Assembly (NCBI GenBank): GCA_043745015.1
Contig: JAYTUA010000096.1
Location: forward strand, 3,304-67,303
Direction: 5' to 3'
Source: Opitutaceae bacterium
GTDB lineage: Bacteria; Verrucomicrobiota; Verrucomicrobiia; Opitutales; Opitutaceae
Length of the DNA stretch: 64,000 nt
Part shown: one piece after another, positions 55,357 to 63,755 of the stretch
Position numbering within the stretch: position 1 is the first letter of the stretch
Layout: every line of letters starts with the position of its first letter
Notes under the pieces: model-generated
Told to the model about the DNA's origin: nothing
What the model saw: only the letters and a program-made list of their open reading frames with translations
Databases searched by the model: none
Position numbers and translations under genes: made by a program

Positions 55357-57162
55357 TCAAGCGCGCAGGGTGCCGAGGGAGATCTGGATGTCGGTGCCCT
55401 TCATGCCGGGGCCGGCCTGGAGGGTGCCGCCGTGCAGGCGGAGGATTTCGCGGGCGAGGAAGACGGAGAGGCGGCCCTGGTTGGGCGTGGCCCCGGCGAC
55501 GGGCAGGGGCAGGGTGCCGTCGAGTTCCAGGCGCTTGCCCTCAATGGTGATGACGGCGGTGGTCTGGGCCCCGGTGCCGACGCCTCGGAGCGTGAGGATA
55601 AGATGCTGCAAGCCCTCGTCGGGGCGGTTGGCGGAGATCGCATCAAGGATCGAGCAGAAGGCGAATTTCACCAAAACCGGGTCGAGCGACAGCACCAGCT
55701 GTTCATCGACGAAGCGGGTGGTGAGGTTGCGGGCCGTGGCGATCTCGGTGAGGAGGGCGCTGAGGTCGGTGGCCTTGGCCACCGGCAGGGCGATCTCGCC
55801 GAGCAGAGTGGCGTGCTCGTTGAGCAGCTTGAGCTTGGCGACCTCGGTGGTGAGGACGGTTTCCTGGGCGAGAGCGGCGCTGCCCACGGGGGAAGTGCTG
55901 CCGCGGGTCAGGAGATGGGCAAAGGTGACGAGGGAGACGAGGGGATTGGACAGCTCGTGACTGAGCGTGAGGCCGAGATTGCGGAAAAGTTCGCGGCGGT
56001 TCTGCTCGAGGATGACGTTGACGCGCTCGATCTCGGGGGCGGCATCCTCCCAGATGGCCCAGACGCCGTCGATCTCGGGCACGGGACCGGCTTGGACGCG
56101 ATAGCGGTAGGGGACCCGGGCCGGTTGCAGGACCATCTGCTGTGTGTGGAGGGCCTCGCTGGCGACGGCGCGCACCTCGACGGGCAGCTCGGAGGTGGCC
56201 AGCTCGGCGCGGGTGATCAGGCGGGCCCCGGGAAGATATCTGGCGTGCAGGGCGGTGGTCTGCCCGGCCTGGTGGTAGTCGCGCAACTGGGTCGAGCGCT
56301 CCAGGCAGCGCTCCAGCAGGCGGCCGTGGAGGACGGCGCGGAAACGGTCGGATTCGCGGTAAGGGGCGCCATCGGCGCGCGGGCCCAGGGCCATCCAACC
56401 CAGGAGCTGGCCGTGGGTATGGAGCGGGACCAGGATGCGGGCGCCCCAAGTGACAAGTTGCTGGCGGATGGGGGCGTCGAGCGCGGGATCGTCGATGCCG
56501 GTCCAATGGCTGAGATCGACGGCGGCGGGATGCTCCTCGAGCCAGAGCACCAGGGGGTGGCTGTTTTCGCAGCGGTGGGCCTCGTCGTCCGAGACGAAGG
56601 CGTCGAGCTGGCGGAAAAAATAGAGCACCTTGCCGGACTTCAAAATGTAGCGGGCGGCGCGGCGGAATTCGTCCAGCAGTCGAGGCTGGTCATCGAGGTG
56701 GGCGAGGGCGCTCTCCAGAAAATCCCAGGACTCGACCGGCTCGGCCGCGGCGGGGGCGGTCTCGCGCGGAAACGGCGGCTCACTGCGGCGGCTGCGCTCG
56801 AGGGCGGATTGCAGCTGGGAATTCTTGTCGGCGATTTCCTCGAGGAGATTCACGCATTCGCCGAGGCGTTCGCGGCTCTCGCTGTAGCTGAGGAACAGCC
56901 GGGCGGAACGGTTCTGCTTGGCCTGCTCGAAGGGATGGCTGTGGGGCTCGCCGACGAGGATGACGAGGGTGCCGTGGCCGGTGGAAAGGCGGGTGCGGGG
57001 ATCGTTGACGTCAGAGATCCAGACGCGGGCGCCGGGGCGGAGCAATTCGCGCTGCAGGTCGGCGGGGCGGGCGAAGACGGCGGGTTCGCGGGGGTGGAGG
57101 ATTTTTTTCCATGCAGCCTCGAGGCTGGGGTCGGTGGTGGTCAGGATGATGGTGGCGGGCAT
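55357..57162 (-). CDS. histidine-kinase-like protein: degenerate receiver-like + GAF-like + DHp + degenerate ATPase domain
   Basis: H-box LSHELSNPL retained; GAF-like ILVPL...GQLLGWMALGPRADGAPY; N, G1 and G2 boxes not recognisable; ends ILRLHGGTL...GT.I.I.L. Confidence 0.75.
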   Translation of the reverse strand: MPATIILTTTDPSLEAAWKKILHPREPAVFARPADLQRELLRPGARVWISDVNDPRTRLSTGHGTLVILVGEPHSHPFEQAKQNRSARLFLSYSESRERLGECVNLLEEIADKNSQLQSALERSRRSEPPFPRETAPAAAEPVESWDFLESALAHLDDQPRLLDEFRRAARYILKSGKVLYFFRQLDAFVSDDEAHRCENSHPLVLWLEEHPAAVDLSHWTGIDDPALDAPIRQQLVTWGARILVPLHTHGQLLGWMALGPRADGAPYRESDRFRAVLHGRLLERCLERSTQLRDYHQAGQTTALHARYLPGARLITRAELATSELPVEVRAVASEALHTQQMVLQPARVPYRYRVQAGPVPEIDGVWAIWEDAAPEIERVNVILEQNRRELFRNLGLTLSHELSNPLVSLVTFAHLLTRGSTSPVGSAALAQETVLTTEVAKLKLLNEHATLLGEIALPVAKATDLSALLTEIATARNLTTRFVDEQLVLSLDPVLVKFAFCSILDAISANRPDEGLQHLILTLRGVGTGAQTTAVITIEGKRLELDGTLPLPVAGATPNQGRLSVFLAREILRLHGGTLQAGPGMKGTDIQISLGTLRA

Positions 57163-59171
57163 GGAAAAGTAATGCGGAAGGTGGCTCCGGGCCTTCCGAC
57201 ATCGGGGACGATGATGGTGGCACGGTGTTCGTGCAAGATATCTGCGCAGACAGCAAGTCCCAGGCCCATACCTTTGGTTTTCGTGGAGACAAAGGGATGG
57301 AAGAGCCGGGCGCGTTGCTCGGTGGGGATGCCCGGACCATTGTCGGATACCTCGAGAATGATGCTGCCGTTGGGGGAATTACGGGACCGGAGCTGCACGC
57401 GGCGCTCGCCTTCCTGGGACTCGAGGGCCTGAAAGGCATTTATTAAAAGATTTATCAAAACTTGCCGCATCGCACTGGCGTCGGCCCAAATGGTGTCGCT
57501 CGCGGCATTCAACTGCGTGGTGAGGGCGACCTTGGCTTCCTGGGCGCGGGTAAGCATCAGGTCGGTGGTCTCCTGCATGATGGTATGCAGTGAGACGCGC
57601 TCCAGATGGTGGCGGCGGGGGTTGGAGAGGTCGAGCAACTGCTGGGTGAGGTTGTCGATGCGCTCCACCTCGGCCGGGATCAAGAGACTGAACCGGCGGC
57701 GGAAATCAGGGTCGTCAAAACGCGTGGGCAGCAGATGGGAGAAGGTCTTGATTGACACGAGGGGGTTGCGGATCTCGTGGGCGAGGCTGGCCCCGATGAG
57801 GCCGATGGTGGCGAGCTGCTCGGACTGCCGGGCCTGCATGGACAGGCGGGAGCGCGCGAGGATGTTGTCCATGAACTCGGCGATTTCCTGTGCCTGCTGC
57901 ACCTTGGGGTAGGTGAAGGGCCGGTGATTGGTCTTGATGCCGAGGGCGAGCAGGAGCGAGGGTGTCGCGCTGCCGCGCGGGGCGGTGACCACCAGGCCGA
58001 GGTTGAACTCGGTGACAAACTGCCGGAGGTCGACGAGACCGGGCTCGGGCCGGAGGCGTTGCAGGCTCTCGGGGGTGCTCCAGCCCTGTTTGCAGAGTGC
58101 GGCGTAAGCCGGGCGGTCCTTGGTCAGCTCAATATTGCCCGAGACAAAAACCTCGCCACTGTCAAAGAGCAAGGCGGCGTAGCCGGTCTGGCCCCAGGAG
58201 CGGAGGAGCGCCTCGAATTCCGCGATGAGCTTGGCGGGATCGGTTTCGCGGCGGGCCAGCTCGAGGGCGGTCTGGCGGGTGGCGGCCGTGTTTTGCCACG
58301 GGCTGAGGCTGAACCATTCGCGGGATTTGCCCTCCAGCCAGAAGGCGAGGGTGCTGCAGAGCGCGATGCTCAGAATCAGATCCCCCGGCGGAGGCATCAC
58401 CAAGGCGAGCAGCCGCCAGAAAAAGTAGGTGCCGGTGCTGAGCAGAAAAATCAGACCCACCCGTTGCGCGACGCTGAGAAAGACCTGCCGGGCGTCGAAG
58501 ACGCGGTGGACGGTGACGGACCAGGCGGTGAGCCCGTAGAAAACCAGGATGATCAGCGGAGTAAGCCGGGAGAGAAAACGCAGGTCGAAGAAGATGCCCA
58601 ACGCGTTAACGATGATGGCGACGAAGCAAGCGATGCCGGCGTTCAGAATCAGAAACTGCAGCTCGAGCCGGCGGATGCCTGTTTGCGTTCGCCACTGCCG
58701 GTAGGTCTCGATGATCAGGTGCAGGTAAAGCACCAAGCTGACCCCGGTATAAATATAATAGCCTGGTCCACGAAGTTCGGCGCCCGGACGCGACTCCGGG
58801 GGAATATAGTATTTTGTATAGCAAAGGCCGGCCAAGGCGCAGCCGATTACTGACCAGGCTAACACTTGATAGTTTATCCGTCCGCCCCGTCTTTCTACGT
58901 TAAGGATCGATTCCTTCATGTCCCAGATCAACAGGGGGAAAAATGCGCCCACAGCTGAAGCAGCTCTCACCCAAGGAATCGGGTTGGCCGCCTGACCAGC
59001 ATTGAGCAGGACGCCCGCTCGCATGGCCATATATACACAATAGAGCCAGCTGGCATTGATCAGGGAGAAGGCGAGAAAGGCCTTGTTGGTCAACCGATGG
59101 GGGTTGGCCCAGTAAACAGTCAGGCCAATCGCGAACGTTATCAGCGCAGCGATGAGGATCAGCAGGGACAT
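57141..59171 (-). CDS. membrane sensor histidine kinase (HisKA_7TM-like + GAF-like + HisKA + HATPase), PrsK-like architecture
   Basis: About 9 hydrophobic helices; LAHEIRNPL, QVLINLLINA, DNGPGI, LFHPFVSTKTKGMGLGL. Confidence 0.92.
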   Translation of the reverse strand: MSLLILIAALITFAIGLTVYWANPHRLTNKAFLAFSLINASWLYCVYMAMRAGVLLNAGQAANPIPWVRAASAVGAFFPLLIWDMKESILNVERRGGRINYQVLAWSVIGCALAGLCYTKYYIPPESRPGAELRGPGYYIYTGVSLVLYLHLIIETYRQWRTQTGIRRLELQFLILNAGIACFVAIIVNALGIFFDLRFLSRLTPLIILVFYGLTAWSVTVHRVFDARQVFLSVAQRVGLIFLLSTGTYFFWRLLALVMPPPGDLILSIALCSTLAFWLEGKSREWFSLSPWQNTAATRQTALELARRETDPAKLIAEFEALLRSWGQTGYAALLFDSGEVFVSGNIELTKDRPAYAALCKQGWSTPESLQRLRPEPGLVDLRQFVTEFNLGLVVTAPRGSATPSLLLALGIKTNHRPFTYPKVQQAQEIAEFMDNILARSRLSMQARQSEQLATIGLIGASLAHEIRNPLVSIKTFSHLLPTRFDDPDFRRRFSLLIPAEVERIDNLTQQLLDLSNPRRHHLERVSLHTIMQETTDLMLTRAQEAKVALTTQLNAASDTIWADASAMRQVLINLLINAFQALESQEGERRVQLRSRNSPNGSIILEVSDNGPGIPTEQRARLFHPFVSTKTKGMGLGLAVCADILHEHRATIIVPDVGRPGATFRITFPCPPPSS

Positions 59172-60370
59172 GATTTTTCCACCACGAGAATAGCGTTACT
59201 GCCGGACAAACCGTGGGCATTCACCATCGCCACATGGGGGCTAAGATAGCGCGACTGGGAATTCAGGTTCAACGGGCACTGAGGATCACGGGTTTCCCAG
59301 TTTACGGTCGGGGGTATCTGGCCATGCCGCAGGCTCAGGGCGACGCTCGCCACTTCAATAGCCCCGGCGGCGGCCAAGGCGGTCCCGATCGCCCCCTTGA
59401 TGGAGGTAACGGGAATATTAGCCAGCAGGTCGCCAAAAATTTGCCGTAGGGCGGTGGATTCATTGGTGTCAATGGCCCGGTGTCCCGGGCCCCAGGCGCA
59501 GATGTAGTCCACCTCATCGGCGCGCCGGGAGGCATTGGCCAACGCGATGCGGGCGGCATCGGCGATGCCTTCGCCCGCGAGTTTGTTGCCGTCGCTGGCA
59601 TAGCCGTAGCCGGTGATCCAGGCATAGGCCGGGCGCGGGCTTTCCTCGGGTTCAAGGATGAGCATGGCGGCGCCTTCGCCGAGCACGCCGGTGGAGCGCC
59701 AGAGATCGAAGGGCCGGCAGGAGCGGGAAATTTCGCTATCGTTGGTCGGGCTCAGTTCCGCGGCATTAAACTCGAGCAAGGGGTGAAAGGAGAGCGGGGC
59801 CTCGCTGCCGCCGGCAATAGCCAGATCACACTGTCCTTCGGCCACCAGATCCGCGGCCTGGCCAATGGCATCGAGGCCCGAGCAGCAGGAAGTCTGCACC
59901 GCGATCATCCGCGCGGGAATGCCCAGATAACTGGCAATTTTCCCGGGTACGCTCACGACGGATGATTCATAGATGGTGCTGGCCATGGAGTAACGCGGGC
60001 CTTTCTGGGCCACGACCTGAACCCCACGACTGATGCGGTCGATATCCATGATGGAAGTGCCGGTGATCACCGACGGGTTCAACTTGCAGATTTCCTCGAT
60101 CGTCAGACCTGCGTCCTTGATCGCCAGCAAGGCGGCCACCAAGCCCAATTGGGTATGGCGGGACAGGCGGCGGGGATTTTCCTCCGGAGCATATTCCTTG
60201 AGATTAAAATCGGTAACCTCGGCCCCCATGAAGATGCCCGCGGCGGGATCAAAACGCGTGATGGCATGCACGCGGCTGACGGACTCGTTGATGCCGCGGA
60301 AGAAGGCCTCGCGGCCGATGCCCGCCGGGGTGACCGGGCCGATGCCGGTGATTTTAACGCGACGGCGCAT
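59159..60370 (-). CDS. atypical FabF-like beta-ketoacyl synthase (Cys kept, both His replaced)
   Basis: RRVKITGIG.VTP.GIG, TSCCSG.DAIG, AGGSEAP, CRPFD..R...VLGEGAA, IPPTVN...DP.C.L; CAWGPGH and KGAIGT at the His positions. Confidence 0.9.
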   Translation of the reverse strand: MRRRVKITGIGPVTPAGIGREAFFRGINESVSRVHAITRFDPAAGIFMGAEVTDFNLKEYAPEENPRRLSRHTQLGLVAALLAIKDAGLTIEEICKLNPSVITGTSIMDIDRISRGVQVVAQKGPRYSMASTIYESSVVSVPGKIASYLGIPARMIAVQTSCCSGLDAIGQAADLVAEGQCDLAIAGGSEAPLSFHPLLEFNAAELSPTNDSEISRSCRPFDLWRSTGVLGEGAAMLILEPEESPRPAYAWITGYGYASDGNKLAGEGIADAARIALANASRRADEVDYICAWGPGHRAIDTNESTALRQIFGDLLANIPVTSIKGAIGTALAAAGAIEVASVALSLRHGQIPPTVNWETRDPQCPLNLNSQSRYLSPHVAMVNAHGLSGSNAILVVEKSCPC

Positions 60371-60599
60371 GGGCGGATAGCGGAGCGGGGTCGGTCGGGG
60401 ACATGGGCATCACGGGGATGAGATGATTGGCGGCCGGGTGATGAACAAGGCCGGCAGGAGACCGATCCGGGATTGGAGTCGTGCCCTCGCCATCACAAAC
60501 CGCGACTGGCACGTTAGGTGGACAACGGGGATGACAGCAAGCCCCGGGTGCAAAAGAGATTTGCCCCCCGGTGCCGGTGCAAGCAAAACAGCGGAGCAC

Positions 60600-61490
60600 A
60601 TGACTCCGCTCGAATTTGAAGCCTCCATTGCCGCCTGGGCCCGGCGGCAACCCGATGTGGAAGCCCTCATGCAAATCGGGTCCAGGGTTCAGGCCGGAGC
60701 GGAGGTCGATGCCTGGTCAGACTGGGACTACCATTTGATCACGAGCAATCCGGCGCGCTACCAGAACAGCGAGTGGCCGAAGCAGATCGGGCCAACCTGG
60801 TGCGTCCACTTGGAACGGACGGAGCGCGGGGTCACCAAGCTGAGCGCCGTATTTGAGGGCGGCCGGGAAGCCGACTTTGTGCCCCTTGCCGCGTGGCAGA
60901 TGAAGTTGGTCTATTGGGCGATGGCCCGGCCGGGCATGCGTGGGATTTTCCCCCAGGCACTGGTGCGCGGGATTGCCAATACGCAGCTCATTGTCCGCCC
61001 GGGCTGCAAGGTATTGGTGGGTGGTCCGGCCTGGGAGAAACGACTGGACGCGCTCAAGGTTGCCTGGCCGGACAGCAGGCTGACGAGCGAGGAATATCAA
61101 TTTCATGCGGCCGGTTTCTGGCGGCATGCTGTCTGGGTGCAGAAGAAAATCATGCGGGGCGAGACGCGCGCGGCCCTGCGCTGGTCTCAAGTCGAACTGG
61201 GAAAACACCGCTGGGCGCTGCTGGAAGAGGAGGCGCGGCTGGCGGGCCGCCCGGCGCGGCCCGAGGCGCGCAAGGCCGAGCAATGGCTCGAGGCCCGGAG
61301 GCGGGAGCAGACCGCGATTACCACCAGCACCGACCAGCGGGTGCTGGCCCGGGCGTTATTGGCGGAGCTGGCCTTGTTTGAGGAGGTTTGCCGGAGCGTG
61401 GCCGGGAGCCGGGGCTTTGCCGTGCCAGATTACTCGGCCGTAGCCGCCTGGTTGCGGGCCGAACTCGCGAAACTGACGGGCCCGGCCTAG
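60600..61490 (+). CDS. Pol-beta-superfamily nucleotidyltransferase, AadK/ANT(6)-like fold
   Basis: W.......V.A..QIGSR......D.WSDWD, F.GG.EADF, FW......KKI.RGE, ARKAEQW. Confidence 0.75.
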   Translation: MTPLEFEASIAAWARRQPDVEALMQIGSRVQAGAEVDAWSDWDYHLITSNPARYQNSEWPKQIGPTWCVHLERTERGVTKLSAVFEGGREADFVPLAAWQMKLVYWAMARPGMRGIFPQALVRGIANTQLIVRPGCKVLVGGPAWEKRLDALKVAWPDSRLTSEEYQFHAAGFWRHAVWVQKKIMRGETRAALRWSQVELGKHRWALLEEEARLAGRPARPEARKAEQWLEARRREQTAITTSTDQRVLARALLAELALFEEVCRSVAGSRGFAVPDYSAVAAWLRAELAKLTGPA

Positions 61491-62659
61491 CTGCCGGGCT
61501 GGGCGGCGGGAAACGACATCGTGAAGACCGTGCCGCCGCCGGCGCGGGCCGCGACTTGCATCTCCCCCTGGTGGGCTGAGACGATGTGCCGGCAGATGGT
61601 CATCCCGAGGCCGGTCCCGTGCGCCTTGGTGGACTCGACGGGCTTCTTGAGGATGCTCTCCATCATGGCCGGGGGCAGGCCGCTGCCATTGTCGGCGACG
61701 GCCAGCACGATGCGGCCATCCCGGCGCGCGACCGTGACGCCCACCTGGGTGGCGCCGGACTCCAGGGCATTCTTCACGAGATTCTGCAACAGGCGCACAA
61801 TTTCGAAGCGGATGCCATTGATCAACGCGCCCTGGTCCCCGGCTACTTCCACGCGATTGGTGCCAAAAAAGAGCACGGTCTTGGTGTCCACGGCCGTGGC
61901 ATGGAGATCCACCGTGTCCACTTCGCCGGAGTGACGGGTGGTCTGCCGCCAGGATTCGGCCAGGTGCAGGCAGAAGGAGGAGCATTTCTCGAGGGTCTCG
62001 GCGTAATGGAGAATCCGTTCCACGCTGCGGCCGCCGGACGGCAACTGGCGCACCTCATCGAGCAGCATGTTGGTGTAGCCGATGGCGACGACCAGCGGGT
62101 TGCAGATGTCGTGGATCATCTCGGCCGCGGCCTGGCTGAAGCCGGCGGTCATCTGCTGCTTCTTCTGGTCGATTTTGACCGACTCATACATGCCCTCGAG
62201 CTGTTTGAGCATCGACGTGCGCTTCTTGCGCTCGATACCCTCGCTGGCATGACGGCGCACGGACTGCTGGAGCACATCGACGTCGAAGGGTTTCTTCAGA
62301 TATTCGTTGGCGCCGAGGCTGATCGCCGCCTGGGCGGTGGCGAGGGCGCCATAACCGGTCATCATGATGATGGAGACCTCGGGATCGATCTTGCGCATGG
62401 CCTCCAGGCCCTGGATGCCGTTTTTCTGCGGCATGCGGATGTCCATCACGACCACGGCAAAAGACTCGCGGGTGAGCAATTCGAGCCCGCGGTCCACGCG
62501 ATCCACCGCCTGCACCTCGAACTCGTCCTGCAGCAGGTAGCTGATGCTTTCCCGGGGGCCGAGCTCATCGTCCACGATCAATACCTTGGGCCGGCCGGCG
62601 ACGGGCGGGGTGGATTGGACGGGCGGGGTGGATTGGACGGGCGAGACGGCTTCAGGCAT
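61487..62659 (-). CDS. hybrid receiver-histidine kinase (REC-HisKA-HATPase), cytoplasmic
   Basis: VLIVDDE, MDIRMP, MTGY, YLKKPF; HDICNPL, NLVKNA, DNGSG, GTGLGM. Confidence 0.92.
   Translation of the reverse strand: MPEAVSPVQSTPPVQSTPPVAGRPKVLIVDDELGPRESISYLLQDEFEVQAVDRVDRGLELLTRESFAVVVMDIRMPQKNGIQGLEAMRKIDPEVSIIMMTGYGALATAQAAISLGANEYLKKPFDVDVLQQSVRRHASEGIERKKRTSMLKQLEGMYESVKIDQKKQQMTAGFSQAAAEMIHDICNPLVVAIGYTNMLLDEVRQLPSGGRSVERILHYAETLEKCSSFCLHLAESWRQTTRHSGEVDTVDLHATAVDTKTVLFFGTNRVEVAGDQGALINGIRFEIVRLLQNLVKNALESGATQVGVTVARRDGRIVLAVADNGSGLPPAMMESILKKPVESTKAHGTGLGMTICRHIVSAHQGEMQVAARAGGGTVFTMSFPAAQPGS
62600..62643. repeat. 18-bp tandem duplication
   Basis: gacgggcggggtggattg x2.4, encoding PVQSTP-PVQSTP. 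Confidence 0.85.
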
Positions 62660-62722
62660 GGGTGGGTTGGCGGCACGCTGCACCCTGCCCGCGGCTTTGG
62701 CAATCCGAAGCTTGGGCGGCGT

Positions 62723-63709
62723 TCAGCGGGCGGCGGTGGCGCCGCGGGAGAAAATCTCGCTGATGATGTCTTCGAGCGGTACGTCCTGGATGGTGATATC
62801 ATCCACCGCACCTTGCGCCAGGATCTGCGAGCAGACCGTGGTCACGTGCTCGCTGGGCACATGGAGCAGGATTTCGCCGTCCTCACCCACCTTGGAGACA
62901 CCGTGGGCGGGCTGCCAGTCGGCGGGGAAGGCGCCGTCGCGGGGCTTGAACTTGATGATGCGCTGGCGGGCGCCGGCGCCGGCGATGCGGTCGAGGTCGC
63001 CGTCGTAGATTTTCTTGCCGTGGTCGATGACGATCACCCGGGCGCAGAGCGATGAGATGTCGGCCATGTAGTGGCTGGTGAGGAGAATGGTCGTGCGGTA
63101 GCGGCGGTTGTAGTCGCGCAGGAACTCGCGCACGGCTTTCTGCGACACGACATCGAGGCCGATCGTGGGCTCGTCGAGGAAGAGCACGCGCGGCCGGTGC
63201 AGGAGCGCGGCGATGAGCTCCATCTTCATCCGTTCGCCGAGGGAGAGCTCGCGGACCATGACGTTGAGCTTGGGCCCGATCCCGAGCAGCTGGACCAGTT
63301 CGTCGAGCGTGGCCTTGAACTGGTCGGCGGGCAGGCCGTAGATGGCGCGGAGCAGATGAAAGGACTCGATGGCGGGCAGGTCCCACCAGAGCTGGTTTTT
63401 CTGGCCGAGCACGAGGGCGAAGAGCCGGCGGTAGGCGTTCTCGCGCTTCGACGGGTCGAAGCCGGCCACCCGCGCCGAGCCACTGGTCGGGTAGATGAGG
63501 CCGGAGAGCATCTTGAGGGTGGTGGTCTTGCCCGCGCCGTTCGGCCCGAGAAAGCCCACCAGTTCACCCTCCTTGATGGAGAAGCTGACGCCGTCGGCGG
63601 CGCGCGTCTCCTCGAACTCACGCTTGAACAGGCCTTTCACCCCGCCCCAGAAGCCGGGTTGCTTTTTGTAGGTGCGGAAGACGCGGGTCAGGTTTTCAAC
63701 TTCAATCAT
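62723..63709 (-). CDS. ABC-2 type transporter ATP-binding protein (COG4586-like)
   Basis: GPNGAGKTT, GQKNQLWWDLP, LSLGERMK, FLDEPTIGLD, LTSHYM. Confidence 0.93.
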   Translation of the reverse strand: MIEVENLTRVFRTYKKQPGFWGGVKGLFKREFEETRAADGVSFSIKEGELVGFLGPNGAGKTTTLKMLSGLIYPTSGSARVAGFDPSKRENAYRRLFALVLGQKNQLWWDLPAIESFHLLRAIYGLPADQFKATLDELVQLLGIGPKLNVMVRELSLGERMKMELIAALLHRPRVLFLDEPTIGLDVVSQKAVREFLRDYNRRYRTTILLTSHYMADISSLCARVIVIDHGKKIYDGDLDRIAGAGARQRIIKFKPRDGAFPADWQPAHGVSKVGEDGEILLHVPSEHVTTVCSQILAQGAVDDITIQDVPLEDIISEIFSRGATAAR

Positions 63710-63755
63710 GCGAGCGCGTCAGTGAACACGGGTTGGCGACGAACGCAATCGCGAC

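Noticed and set aside
55432-57432. Long opposite-strand ORFs (e.g. 626-2077, 20668-22236, 55432-57432, 61586-63055)
   Set aside because: These are antisense shadows of well-supported genes, expected in high-GC DNA, and have no recognisable motifs.
60506-60522. Sigma54 promoter (tggcacgttaggtgga) before the nucleotidyltransferase
   Set aside because: The -24 box is good but the -12 position reads GG rather than GC.
60600-61490. Confirmed aminoglycoside-resistance gene
   Set aside because: Only fold-level motifs are visible and there is no mobile context; the substrate is unknown.
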